A DNA stretch of 64,000 nucleotides, from NCBI GenBank assembly GCA_963783385.1, contig CAWANJ010000001.1, forward strand, positions 320,001-384,000. The letters run 5' to 3'. The translations under genes were made by a program, and so were the position numbers. Below, one piece after another: positions 27,056 through 35,571 of the stretch. A model generated the notes under the pieces. That model was not told the DNA's origin and made no database searches. It saw nothing but the letters and a program-made list of their open reading frames with translations. The stretch comes from an uncultured Gemmatimonadales bacterium (lineage in GTDB: Bacteria; Gemmatimonadota; Gemmatimonadetes; Palauibacterales; Palauibacteraceae). Within the stretch, counting starts at the first letter, position 1. Every line of letters starts with the position of its first letter.

Positions 27056-29614
27056 CCGCCGCTCCCGCCGGCTCCCGCGCGGCTCCGGAGCCGTTGGAGA
27101 AGGGCCTCCACGGCGCGGCGCGCCGCCGGGTCCTCCACACTCGAGCGGGCGGCTTCGAGTCGGGCCCGGGCCACCGCCGGCGGCACGGTGGTGGAGAAGG
27201 CCTGCAGCACGGCCCGTCGTACCCGCCGGTCCGGGTCGCCCAGAATGCGCGGCCAGTGCGTCCAGGGCCCGGGCGTCCCCGCGGGCGCCCAGCGCCCCGA
27301 GGGCCTGCGCCGCCACGGGCGTGTCGGCCAGGCGGTCCACGAGGTCGTCCACGAAGCTCGTGTCCCGTCGGAGCACGATGGCCACCATCGCGGACTGGGC
27401 GATCTCGTCACGGTAGGAGGGCGTGCGCAACCCCCTGCGGATGAGATCCCGCACAACGGCCGTGTCGGCCGCGGCTCGATCGGCCCGTGCGACCGCTTCC
27501 AGGGCGGCGGCCCGCACGCCGTAGCTCGAGTCCGTCTCGAACGCCCGGAGCGCCATCCGCACCGCTGAGGCCCCGCCCAGCTCTCCGATCGCGGCGACGG
27601 CCGCGGCCCGCACCCGGGCCGAGCTGTCGGCCAGCGCCGCCTCCAGCGGGGGGAGCGCGCCGGCCGCCGGGAAGCCGGCCAGCCCCTCGGCCACCGCCGC
27701 CCGGAGCGCCGGGGGCCCATCCCCGCCCAGGGCGGTGGCGAGGGCCGCCAGCGCCACGGTGTCACCGGTGCGCCCGGCCAGCCTCTCGGCCGCCCAGCGC
27801 CGGTTCCACAGGGCGGTGGGGCCGGCCAGCTCCCCGGCCAGCCAGGTGGTGGGCTGAGGAAAGTCGATCGATTTGACGACCGCGTCGCCGTCGTCGAACA
27901 CCACTGCGCTCGGAGAGGCGTCCACGCCCTCGATCCGGACCGTGTCGACGGCGCGATCCACCACGACCCGGCGCAGGAGGGTGCCGCGCGGGGTGGACAC
28001 CCGGACCGTGACCGGCAGCCGAAACACGCGGGGCGTCACCAGGGCTCGCGCGGAATCGGCCGAATCCGCCTGGACCTGGCGTACCTCGAGCGCCAGTCGG
28101 CTGGCCGCGGAGTCCCAGCGCGCGTGGACCTCGAGCTGGGGGTAGCCCCCGCTGTATACCCACTGGTCGAAGAACCAGGCCAGGTTCCGGCCGGTCGCCG
28201 CCAGGATGGCCTGACGCAGGTCGTCCGTGGTGGCGTTGGCGTAGGCGTGCCGAACCAGGTATTCGTGAACGGAGCTCCAGAAAGGCTGGGGGCCCAGCAT
28301 CGTCTCCAGCATGCGGAGGACGAGCGCCCCCTTCGGGTAGATCACGTTGGAGCTGGGGGCGGCCAGCGGCACGCGTCGCCGCGCGTCGGCCGCCACGAAG
28401 TCGTCGTACTCGTTCAGATAGTAGCTCTCGGCCGCGTCTTCGCCGCGGGCCCGGGCCCAGTACTGACCGGGCATGAACTCGGCGAAGCCCTCGTTCAGCC
28501 AGAGGTTCGCCCAGTCCGCGGTGGTGACGTAGTCGCCGAACCACATGTGGGCGAGCTCGTGCGGGATGAGGTCGGTCAGGAACCAGGGATCGTCCCGGTA
28601 GGCACGCTCGTCGGGGAGCCAGTCCACCAGCGTGGTCGCGGAGACGTTCTCCATGCCGCCGAAGAAGTCGGCCACCGTGGTCTGGGCGTACTTGGACCAC
28701 GGGTAGGGGATCCCGGTGAGGCGCGAGTATGTGTCGATCATGTCCGGCGTCACCCGGAACAGCCGCCGCCCGCGGACCGTATCGGCCGGGTACACGTAGT
28801 AATCGACCGGCGTGCCCCGCCAGGCGTCTTTCAGACGGACGAGCCTCGACACGATGAGCGACACCAGATACGTGGAGGCCGGGTGGTCCTCCCGCCAGGT
28901 CACGGTGTGGGTCCCGTCGCCGCGGTCCCGGTCCCCGACGCTCCGGCCGTTGGATACCACCGTGAAACCCGTCGGTACCGTGGCGCTCAGCTCCCAGGTC
29001 ATCTTGTCGTTGGGAAAGTCGTACGTCGGGAACCACAGGTGGTTGTTGTGCGATTCACCCTGGCTCCAGAGTTGCCGCGGATGATCGGGCCCGGCCTCCA
29101 GGAAGGTGAGGCCCCTGCCGTTGCGAATCCGGGCCCGATAGTCGATTCGGAACCGAACCGTGTCCCCGAACGAAGCGGAGCCCGCCAGGTGGACCACGAG
29201 CGTGTCCCCGGGATGGCTCCAGCGGAGCGACCGCCCGCCCGCTCCGGTCACGGAGTCGACCTCCAGACCGGCTCCCGCGTCGAGCACCACCGAGTCCAGT
29301 CCGGGACGCAGGGAGCGCAGCGTGGTCTCGACGCGGCCTGCGAGGGAGGTCGATTCCCAGTCGAAGGCGCGGAGCGCGATGGACTGGCGCAGGAGGTCGT
29401 AGTCGTGGGAGCGCTGGTACGCCTCGTTGACGCTCCACCCGGGCCGGGCGTCGGGCGACGCGGCGGCGCTCGTCGCCTGGGCGGGAAGGCCCCGCGGAGC
29501 GAGCGTCAACATCGGCGCCAGCGTCGCCACGAGACCCAGGAGCTTCGCGAGCGTGGAGCCGCGCGCCGGGCGGGCGGCCGGTGGGGGCGGACCGTGGGGC
29601 GGACGAGGCGACAT
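27052..29614 (-). CDS. Secreted M1-family aminopeptidase with C-terminal HEAT repeats (frameshift at about 27245)
   Basis: Signal peptide, GGMEN, HELAH-x18-E (WLNEGFAE), IYPKGA; HEAT repeats; removing one base at 27244-27245 gives ALAAH-LGDPDRRVRRAV ending at TGA 27052. Confidence 0.88.
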
Positions 29615-29910
29615 GTGGCTCTCCCTTGCTCCTTCCTGGATCGCTCCCACCGCGAGGTCGTGGGCCCGAAGCGCCGGGTCGCGCGCTGGAAGGTAATCGA
29701 GCGCGGGGTGGCCCGCCGGGGCGCGGGCCTGCGGCGCGCCGCCACGCCCCGGGGAACTCGGACGCGCGTGCGGGTATACGTCGCCCTGTCTACAACTGTG
29801 GTAGTGGCCGCGGCGGACCGGATCATCCCCCGCGGTGCGGCGGTCGGGGAGGCTCCGGTGGCGCCGCAGGCTCGATACTCGCCCCTCGCGGTCCGTGAAA
29901 CTGGAGTAAC

Positions 29911-31020
29911 ATGCGCGTCGCGCTGGTCACCGAGTACTATCATCCGCACCTGGGCGGCGTCACCGAGCACGTCCAGGCCCTCCAGCGCCAGCTGGCTCGC
30001 CGTGGCCACGAGGCCCTGGTCGTCACCGCCGACATGCGAGGCCAGGACCCGTCCGAGACGGGGGTGCGCCGGGTGGGCCGCAGCCAGGTCGTGTTCAGCA
30101 ACGGCTCCTTCGCCCGCATCACTCTCGGCTGGAGGCTCGGATCCCGGCTCGAGGAGCTGTTCCGGGAGGAGCGGATCGACATCGTGCACGTCCACGGGCC
30201 CCTGGCGCCGGTCCTCGGGCTGGTGGCCCAGTCAGCCGCCGATCGTCTCGGGATTCCCGTGGTGGGGACGTTCCACTCCTGGTTCCCGCGCTCGGTGGCC
30301 TGCCGGGTCTTCCGCGGGCCGCTGCAACGACGCCTGTCGAGCATGGCCGCCCGCATCGCCGTGAGCCCCTCGGTGGTCGAGGCCCACGACCGCTACTTCG
30401 AGGCGGAGTTCGAGGTGATCCCCAACGGCGTCGACGTCCGCTACTTCCATCCGAATGGACGGCCGCCCGGCCCCCTCGGGCCCGAAGACCCCCCCCGCCT
30501 CCTGTTCCTGGGCCGTCTCGATCCGCGCAATGGACTGGAGACCCTTCTCGAGGCCATGCCCCGGGTGGCGCGGCGCTACCCCAATGCGGTGCTGACCGTG
30601 GTCGGCGACGGGCCCCTGCGCGCCCACTACGAGCGCCTGGCCGCCCCCCTCGGGTCCTCGGTGCGCTTCGTCGGCCGCATCTATCGCGAACGGCCCGACT
30701 ACTACGGCGGCACGGACCTCTACCTGGCGCCGACCCGACGGGCCTCGTTCGGCATCACGCTGCTCGAGGCCATGGCCTGCGGGGCGCCCGTGCTGGCCGC
30801 TGACCTGGACGGGCACCGGTTCGTGATGGGGGAGTCCGGCGCCGGCCGGCTCCTGCAACCGGACCAGCCCGCCGCGTGGGCGGACGCGATCGTGGACCTC
30901 CTGTCCAACGTCCCACAGCGGGCCCGCATGCGGGGCCGGGCCCTGGAGCGGGCGTCCGCGTTCGCCTGGTCGGGCGTGGCGGAGCGGGTCCTGGAGACGT
31001 ATCGACGAGTCGCCCGGTGA
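29911..31020 (+). CDS. GT4-family glycosyltransferase
   Basis: GGAG RBS; YYHPHLGGV, VIPNGVD, FLGRLDPRNG, SFGITLLEAMACG. Confidence 0.92.
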   Translation: MRVALVTEYYHPHLGGVTEHVQALQRQLARRGHEALVVTADMRGQDPSETGVRRVGRSQVVFSNGSFARITLGWRLGSRLEELFREERIDIVHVHGPLAPVLGLVAQSAADRLGIPVVGTFHSWFPRSVACRVFRGPLQRRLSSMAARIAVSPSVVEAHDRYFEAEFEVIPNGVDVRYFHPNGRPPGPLGPEDPPRLLFLGRLDPRNGLETLLEAMPRVARRYPNAVLTVVGDGPLRAHYERLAAPLGSSVRFVGRIYRERPDYYGGTDLYLAPTRRASFGITLLEAMACGAPVLAADLDGHRFVMGESGAGRLLQPDQPAAWADAIVDLLSNVPQRARMRGRALERASAFAWSGVAERVLETYRRVAR

Positions 31021-31718
31021 TCGGGGCGCTGGCGGGGGCGTGCGGCGTGCTCGGCGCCGGGGGGCTGGCCGCCGGAGCCCTGCTGCCCAATGCACGACTG
31101 TTCGGCCCCGTCGTGGGCCGAGGGGCCCCGGATGGGCGCTCCGTATACCTGACCTTCGACGACGGTCCCAGCCCCCGGGCCACGCCCTCGATCCTCGACA
31201 CGCTGGCGCGCGAGGGAGCCCCGGCCACCTTCTTCATGGTGGGACGCTACGCGGAGAGCCACCCCGATCTCGCTCGGGCGGTGGCGTCCGCGGGCCACCT
31301 GGTGGGCAGTCACACCTACTCGCATCGCAAGCTCACCTTCCTGGGGCCGGCGACGGTCCGCCGCGAGATCGGCGAGGGCCACCGGGCGGTGGCGCATGCC
31401 GCCGGAGTGGAGCCGGAGGCCTTCCGCGCTCCGCACGGGCACCGGAACCCGTTCGTGGACCGCACGCTGAGGAGAATGGGCTGCCCGCTGGTGGGCTGGA
31501 CGCTCGGCGTGTGGGACTCCGACCGTCCGGGCGCCGACGAGATCCGGCGCCGGGCCCGATCCGGAATGCGGCCCGGAAGCGTGCTCCTCCTGCACGACGG
31601 TGACGGCTACGATCCCGACGGCGATCGTTCGCAGACCGCCGAGGCTTTGCCCGGGATCCTGGACGACCTGCGGCAGGACGGCTACGCGGTCCGGCCCCTC
31701 GCGGAGCTGCTCGCGTGA
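31017..31718 (+). CDS. Polysaccharide deacetylase (CE4/NodB) with N-terminal membrane anchor
   Basis: LTFDDGP, ATFF, HTYSH, FRAPHG, LLHDG; GTGA coupling. Confidence 0.92.
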   Translation: MIGALAGACGVLGAGGLAAGALLPNARLFGPVVGRGAPDGRSVYLTFDDGPSPRATPSILDTLAREGAPATFFMVGRYAESHPDLARAVASAGHLVGSHTYSHRKLTFLGPATVRREIGEGHRAVAHAAGVEPEAFRAPHGHRNPFVDRTLRRMGCPLVGWTLGVWDSDRPGADEIRRRARSGMRPGSVLLLHDGDGYDPDGDRSQTAEALPGILDDLRQDGYAVRPLAELLA

Positions 31719-32749
31719 GCGGGTCCGCCCCGGCCCAACCGGTCGCCGCGGGGTGGCGCCGCTGGCTCCGGATCGGCGCGCTGGCGCTCCTGGCGGCCTT
31801 CACTCTCCGGGTGGGACTCCACTTCCCGTGGGCGCGCACGGGGGCGGCGCTGCTGAACACGAACCGGCTCCTGCTCGCCGGCGCCCTGCTGGTGAACCTC
31901 CTGTCCCTGATCGCCAAGGGCTGGGGCTGGCACCGGCTCCTGCGGCCCAACACGAACGCCGGCTGGATGAACGTCCAGCGAGCCAACCTCCTGGGCTCCG
32001 CCGTCGGCGACGTCTCCGTCGCCCTCGTGGGCGAGGCGGCGAGGGTTCGAGCGCTGGCGAAGGAGGAGAAGATCCCGGTGGGCCTCACGGCCATCTCGGT
32101 CGCGGCCGCGCGCCTCGCCGAGGCCGTCGCTCTCGGGATCGTGATCGCCGTCGCCTTCCTGGCCTTCCCCCTTCCCTCCTTCCTGGCCCGGGCGGGGCTG
32201 GTCGCGGGGGCGCTGCTGGCGACGGGCGTCGTGGTCGTCCTGGCGGTGCGGCGGCCGCCGGTGGCCGAGCGGCTACGCCGACACCTTCCGTCCCGGATGG
32301 TGGACGCGATGCGGACCGTCGGCCGCCGGCCGTTCGGCGAGGCCGTCGCCCTGGCGCTCGTCAACTGGGGGGCGCAGTGGGCCACCTACGCGCTGGTGCT
32401 CGCCGCCACGCACGTCACCCCGTCGCCCGAGGCGGCGTTCGCCGCACTGCTGGCCGCCAACCTGGGCGGCGTGCTGCGACTCACGCCGGCCAACGTGGGG
32501 GTGTTCCAGGCCTCCCTGGTCGTGGGGCTGGCGCCCTTCGGTGTGGATCCCTCGTCCGCCATCCTGGCCGGACTCGTGCTGCAGGCGGTTCAGGTCCCGC
32601 CGGTCATCGGGCTCGCCAGCCTGGCGGCCGGCGTGGACGGCCTAGCGCGGCTCCGGCGCCAGAGCGCCGGTGAGGAAGAGGCCACGGCGGGGGAGGCGGC
32701 GTCCGCCGGGCGAACCGGCCGGCGCTTCACGGAGGTGGCCGAGACCTAG
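31715..32749 (+). CDS. LPG_synthase_TM (MprF-flippase-like) membrane protein
   Basis: Multiple TM segments, GEAARV, TPANVGVFQA; GTGA coupling. Confidence 0.8.
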   Translation: MSGSAPAQPVAAGWRRWLRIGALALLAAFTLRVGLHFPWARTGAALLNTNRLLLAGALLVNLLSLIAKGWGWHRLLRPNTNAGWMNVQRANLLGSAVGDVSVALVGEAARVRALAKEEKIPVGLTAISVAAARLAEAVALGIVIAVAFLAFPLPSFLARAGLVAGALLATGVVVVLAVRRPPVAERLRRHLPSRMVDAMRTVGRRPFGEAVALALVNWGAQWATYALVLAATHVTPSPEAAFAALLAANLGGVLRLTPANVGVFQASLVVGLAPFGVDPSSAILAGLVLQAVQVPPVIGLASLAAGVDGLARLRRQSAGEEEATAGEAASAGRTGRRFTEVAET

Positions 32750-32779
32750 GACGAGGCGCCGGCCGCGCTCGCCGCCCGC

Positions 32780-33592
32780 TCACAGGGCGCGGCCGAGCAC
32801 CTCCTCCAGGCGTCGGCGTCCGCTTCGGCTCAGGTTGCGGCGGGTCCCGTCCTCCAGCAGGACGACGTACTGGCCCGTGCCCGTCGTGCGGATCTCCTTC
32901 ACGAAGCCAATGCGGACGATCGTGGATCGGTGGATCCGGACGAAGACGTCCGGGTCCAGGCTGTCCTCCAGCTCCTTCATCGTCTCCCGCATGAGGTGCG
33001 AGCGCTCCCCGGTGTGGAGCCGCACGTAGTCGCCCGCCGCCTCGACCCAGTCCACCTCCCCCACATCCACGAAGTGGATGCGGCCCGAGGAGCGCACGAC
33101 GAAGCGCTCGACCGGCCCCTCGCGCTCCTCCCCGACGGCGCTCTCCTCCCCCTCGGCGGCGGCCCGATGGTCGGCCAGCAGGGCCTCGATCCGCGACGCC
33201 ATGGCGGCGTCCTGGCGCCGGGACAGCTCCAGCTTGGCCCGCTCGAGAGCGCGCTCGAAGCGCTCGTCGTCGAACGGCTTGAGCAGGTAGTCCAGGGCGT
33301 GCACCTCGAAGGCGCGCAGCGCGTACTGGTCGTATGCGGTGACGAACACGATGGTCGGGATGCGGACCCCCTCGACGGCCAGCGTCTCCAGCACGTCGAA
33401 CCCGTCCATCTCCGGCATCTGGATGTCCAGGAAGACCAGGTCCGGCTCGAGCTCGAGGGTGCGGTCCACCGCCTCGGGCCCCGAGCGGCATTCCCCCACC
33501 ACGTCGACCTCCGGGTCCGCCCTCAGCAGGACGCGCAGGGTCTCCCTCGCGAGCGGCTCATCGTCTACGATCAGGGTGCGGATGGCCTTCAC
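32780..33592 (-). CDS. LytTR-family response regulator
   Basis: IVDDEPLAR, FLDIQMP, VTAYDQYA, DYLLKPF, FVRIHRSTIV, LSRS. Confidence 0.95.
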   Translation of the reverse strand: MKAIRTLIVDDEPLARETLRVLLRADPEVDVVGECRSGPEAVDRTLELEPDLVFLDIQMPEMDGFDVLETLAVEGVRIPTIVFVTAYDQYALRAFEVHALDYLLKPFDDERFERALERAKLELSRRQDAAMASRIEALLADHRAAAEGEESAVGEEREGPVERFVVRSSGRIHFVDVGEVDWVEAAGDYVRLHTGERSHLMRETMKELEDSLDPDVFVRIHRSTIVRIGFVKEIRTTGTGQYVVLLEDGTRRNLSRSGRRRLEEVLGRAL

Positions 33593-34743
33593 GACGGCTC
33601 CCTCCACCGGGTCCACGGCAGCTCGATCACCGACACGACCCCCGCCCGGGTGCCCGGGCCCACGTGCAGCCGGGCCTCGTCGCCGTACATGCGCGTCAGC
33701 CGCTCGCGCACGTTGCGGAGCCCGACGCCCGACTCTTCGTTGGGTTTCCACCCGGCCTGCGGGAGGGGGCCGTCGTCCTCGACCTTGAGGCGCAGGAGTC
33801 CGTCGGACCGGCACGCAACCACCGACACCTCGCGGCTGCCCGCGTGTGGGCTCACGCCGTGGCGGATCGCGTTCTCGACGAGGGGCTGCAGGATCATGTT
33901 GGGCACGGCGGCGAGCAGGGCCTCCTCATCCACGTCGAAGCGCACCCGCAGCCGATCCGAGAAGCGCATCTGCTCCACCTCCAGGTAGCGGCGCAGGAAC
34001 TCCATCTCCTCCTGAAGCGGGGCCTTCTGACGCTCCTCGTTCTCCAGCGAGTAGCGCAGAAGGTCCCCGAGCCCGGCCAGCATGCCCAGGGCACGGTCAC
34101 GCTCGCCGGTCCGAACCAGTGACCCGATCGAATGCAGGGTATTGAACAGGAAATGGGGGTGGAGCTGCATCTTCAGCGCACGGAGCTGGGCTTCCACGAC
34201 CCGACTGCGGAGGTCCGCGGCCTCCACCTCGTGCTCGCGGAGCCGGCGGTAATTGTGGTACGCCTGGCCGGCCGCGAGGATGAAGAGGTAGATGATCAGC
34301 CCCCACAGGAAGTAGCTGCGCGCGATCGTCGTGTAGTAATCCCAGAATCCGCTGTACCGGGGCGGGACCATCGCGATGATCGAGATGATCCAGCAGGAGA
34401 GCAGGAGCTCGACCTGCAGGAGGACGGCGGCGGCCGCCACGTGCAGCACCAGGTTTCGAGCCCAGTGGCGCCGCTCCAGCGGGAGGCGCCGGCCGAGCCA
34501 CAGGATGAGCGGTGCGAGAGCGGCCCACAGGTAGTAGTCCGGGAGCCAGTACTTGGTCATCTCCCAGAAGGAGATCGGCTCCCGGGAGGGCATCCCGAAG
34601 AAGGCCTGCACGGTGGCCACCAGGCCCAGCGCGGTGGCGCCTCCCAGCACCAGGAGAATCCACACGACCAGGCGACGGGACTCGTCGCCGCGCTCGACCT
34701 TCCGGCCCGGAGGCGGGGCCGATCCTCGGGAACCCGGGGACAT
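33589..34743 (-). CDS. LytS/YehU-family sensor histidine kinase
   Basis: Four TM segments, LKMQLHPHFLFNTL, LLRYSL, LQPLVENAIRHG, GVGLRNVRERL. Confidence 0.93.
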   Translation of the reverse strand: MSPGSRGSAPPPGRKVERGDESRRLVVWILLVLGGATALGLVATVQAFFGMPSREPISFWEMTKYWLPDYYLWAALAPLILWLGRRLPLERRHWARNLVLHVAAAAVLLQVELLLSCWIISIIAMVPPRYSGFWDYYTTIARSYFLWGLIIYLFILAAGQAYHNYRRLREHEVEAADLRSRVVEAQLRALKMQLHPHFLFNTLHSIGSLVRTGERDRALGMLAGLGDLLRYSLENEERQKAPLQEEMEFLRRYLEVEQMRFSDRLRVRFDVDEEALLAAVPNMILQPLVENAIRHGVSPHAGSREVSVVACRSDGLLRLKVEDDGPLPQAGWKPNEESGVGLRNVRERLTRMYGDEARLHVGPGTRAGVVSVIELPWTRWREPS

Positions 34744-34890
34744 CAGCGCATTCACGGCCAGTGGCACGGTGAGCGGCTCGCGGCCCGCTCTTCGGGCCGG
34801 GCCCTGAACCTCACGAGGATACGGTTCGAGGGGCGCTCCCCGCCAGCCCTCGGGCCGTCGAGCCGTGCCGGGCCGTTCCCCCCCGCGCGC

Positions 34891-35430
34891 TCAGGAAGGC
34901 CGGTAGCGGCCGTCGAACGCCATCTTCCAGGTGGACCCGCCGTCCACCGACACCTCCCACCGCTGCCGCACCCCGCCGTCCGGCGTGGGAGTCCAGGTGA
35001 TCCGGTCGAGCACCTCGCCCCGGGGTCCGGTGCGCCGGCCCGAGAGCACCATGGAGGAGCCCCGCAGCGCGCCGCTGAGGTGGAGTACGAGCCCCCCTTC
35101 GCCCACCCAGAACTGGGTCCAGTGTCCCGAGGTCGGATCGTAGGCGTTGAGACTCCTGCCGCCCACACCGTCCCGCCCCATCCAGTGTTCGAGGATGCCG
35201 CACCCGCCCGAAACCGGGGTGACCTCGCTGCGACCCACCACCCGTCCCGCCGTGTCGGTCACGGTCCAGCGGCCCACCCAGAAGTCGAACTGGCGTCGCT
35301 CCGGAGCCCGGCACCGGGAGGCGATCGTGTCCGATCGGGCGGACGGAGCGCCCGGGGCAGACCCTCCGCGCGGCGCCCCGGAGGTGACGAGCGGCAGGAG
35401 GACGAGCGCGGCCAACTCCCATCGAGGCAT
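34891..35430 (-). CDS. Secreted hypothetical protein (DUF1579-like beta-barrel)
   Basis: Signal peptide; RQFDFWVGRW, GCGILEHW, GRSLNAYD, SVDGGSTW. Confidence 0.7.
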   Translation of the reverse strand: MPRWELAALVLLPLVTSGAPRGGSAPGAPSARSDTIASRCRAPERRQFDFWVGRWTVTDTAGRVVGRSEVTPVSGGCGILEHWMGRDGVGGRSLNAYDPTSGHWTQFWVGEGGLVLHLSGALRGSSMVLSGRRTGPRGEVLDRITWTPTPDGGVRQRWEVSVDGGSTWKMAFDGRYRPS

Positions 35431-35571
35431 GATCGAACCTCCCGGACGCGGTCCACGGGGTGGGGGCGCCGTCCGTCGACGCCCGTGCGAACCGCCAGAA
35501 TGTCGGGCGCAGGGGCGCCCGCGACACCCGTCCGTCGACGAACGGACGTTCGGCGCCGACGAGCTACCGTC

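Noticed and set aside
22859-27568. 1569-aa plus-strand ORF and other very long ORFs (9839-12118, 38580-41171, 41614-44895)
   Set aside because: Antisense shadows of real genes, expected at this GC content; no recognisable motifs.
25667-29650. 1327-aa aminopeptidase-sialidase fusion in the ORF track
   Set aside because: Artefact of the indel at about 27245. The HEAT repeat continues in another frame to TGA 27052, and the BNR protein has its own start and lipobox.
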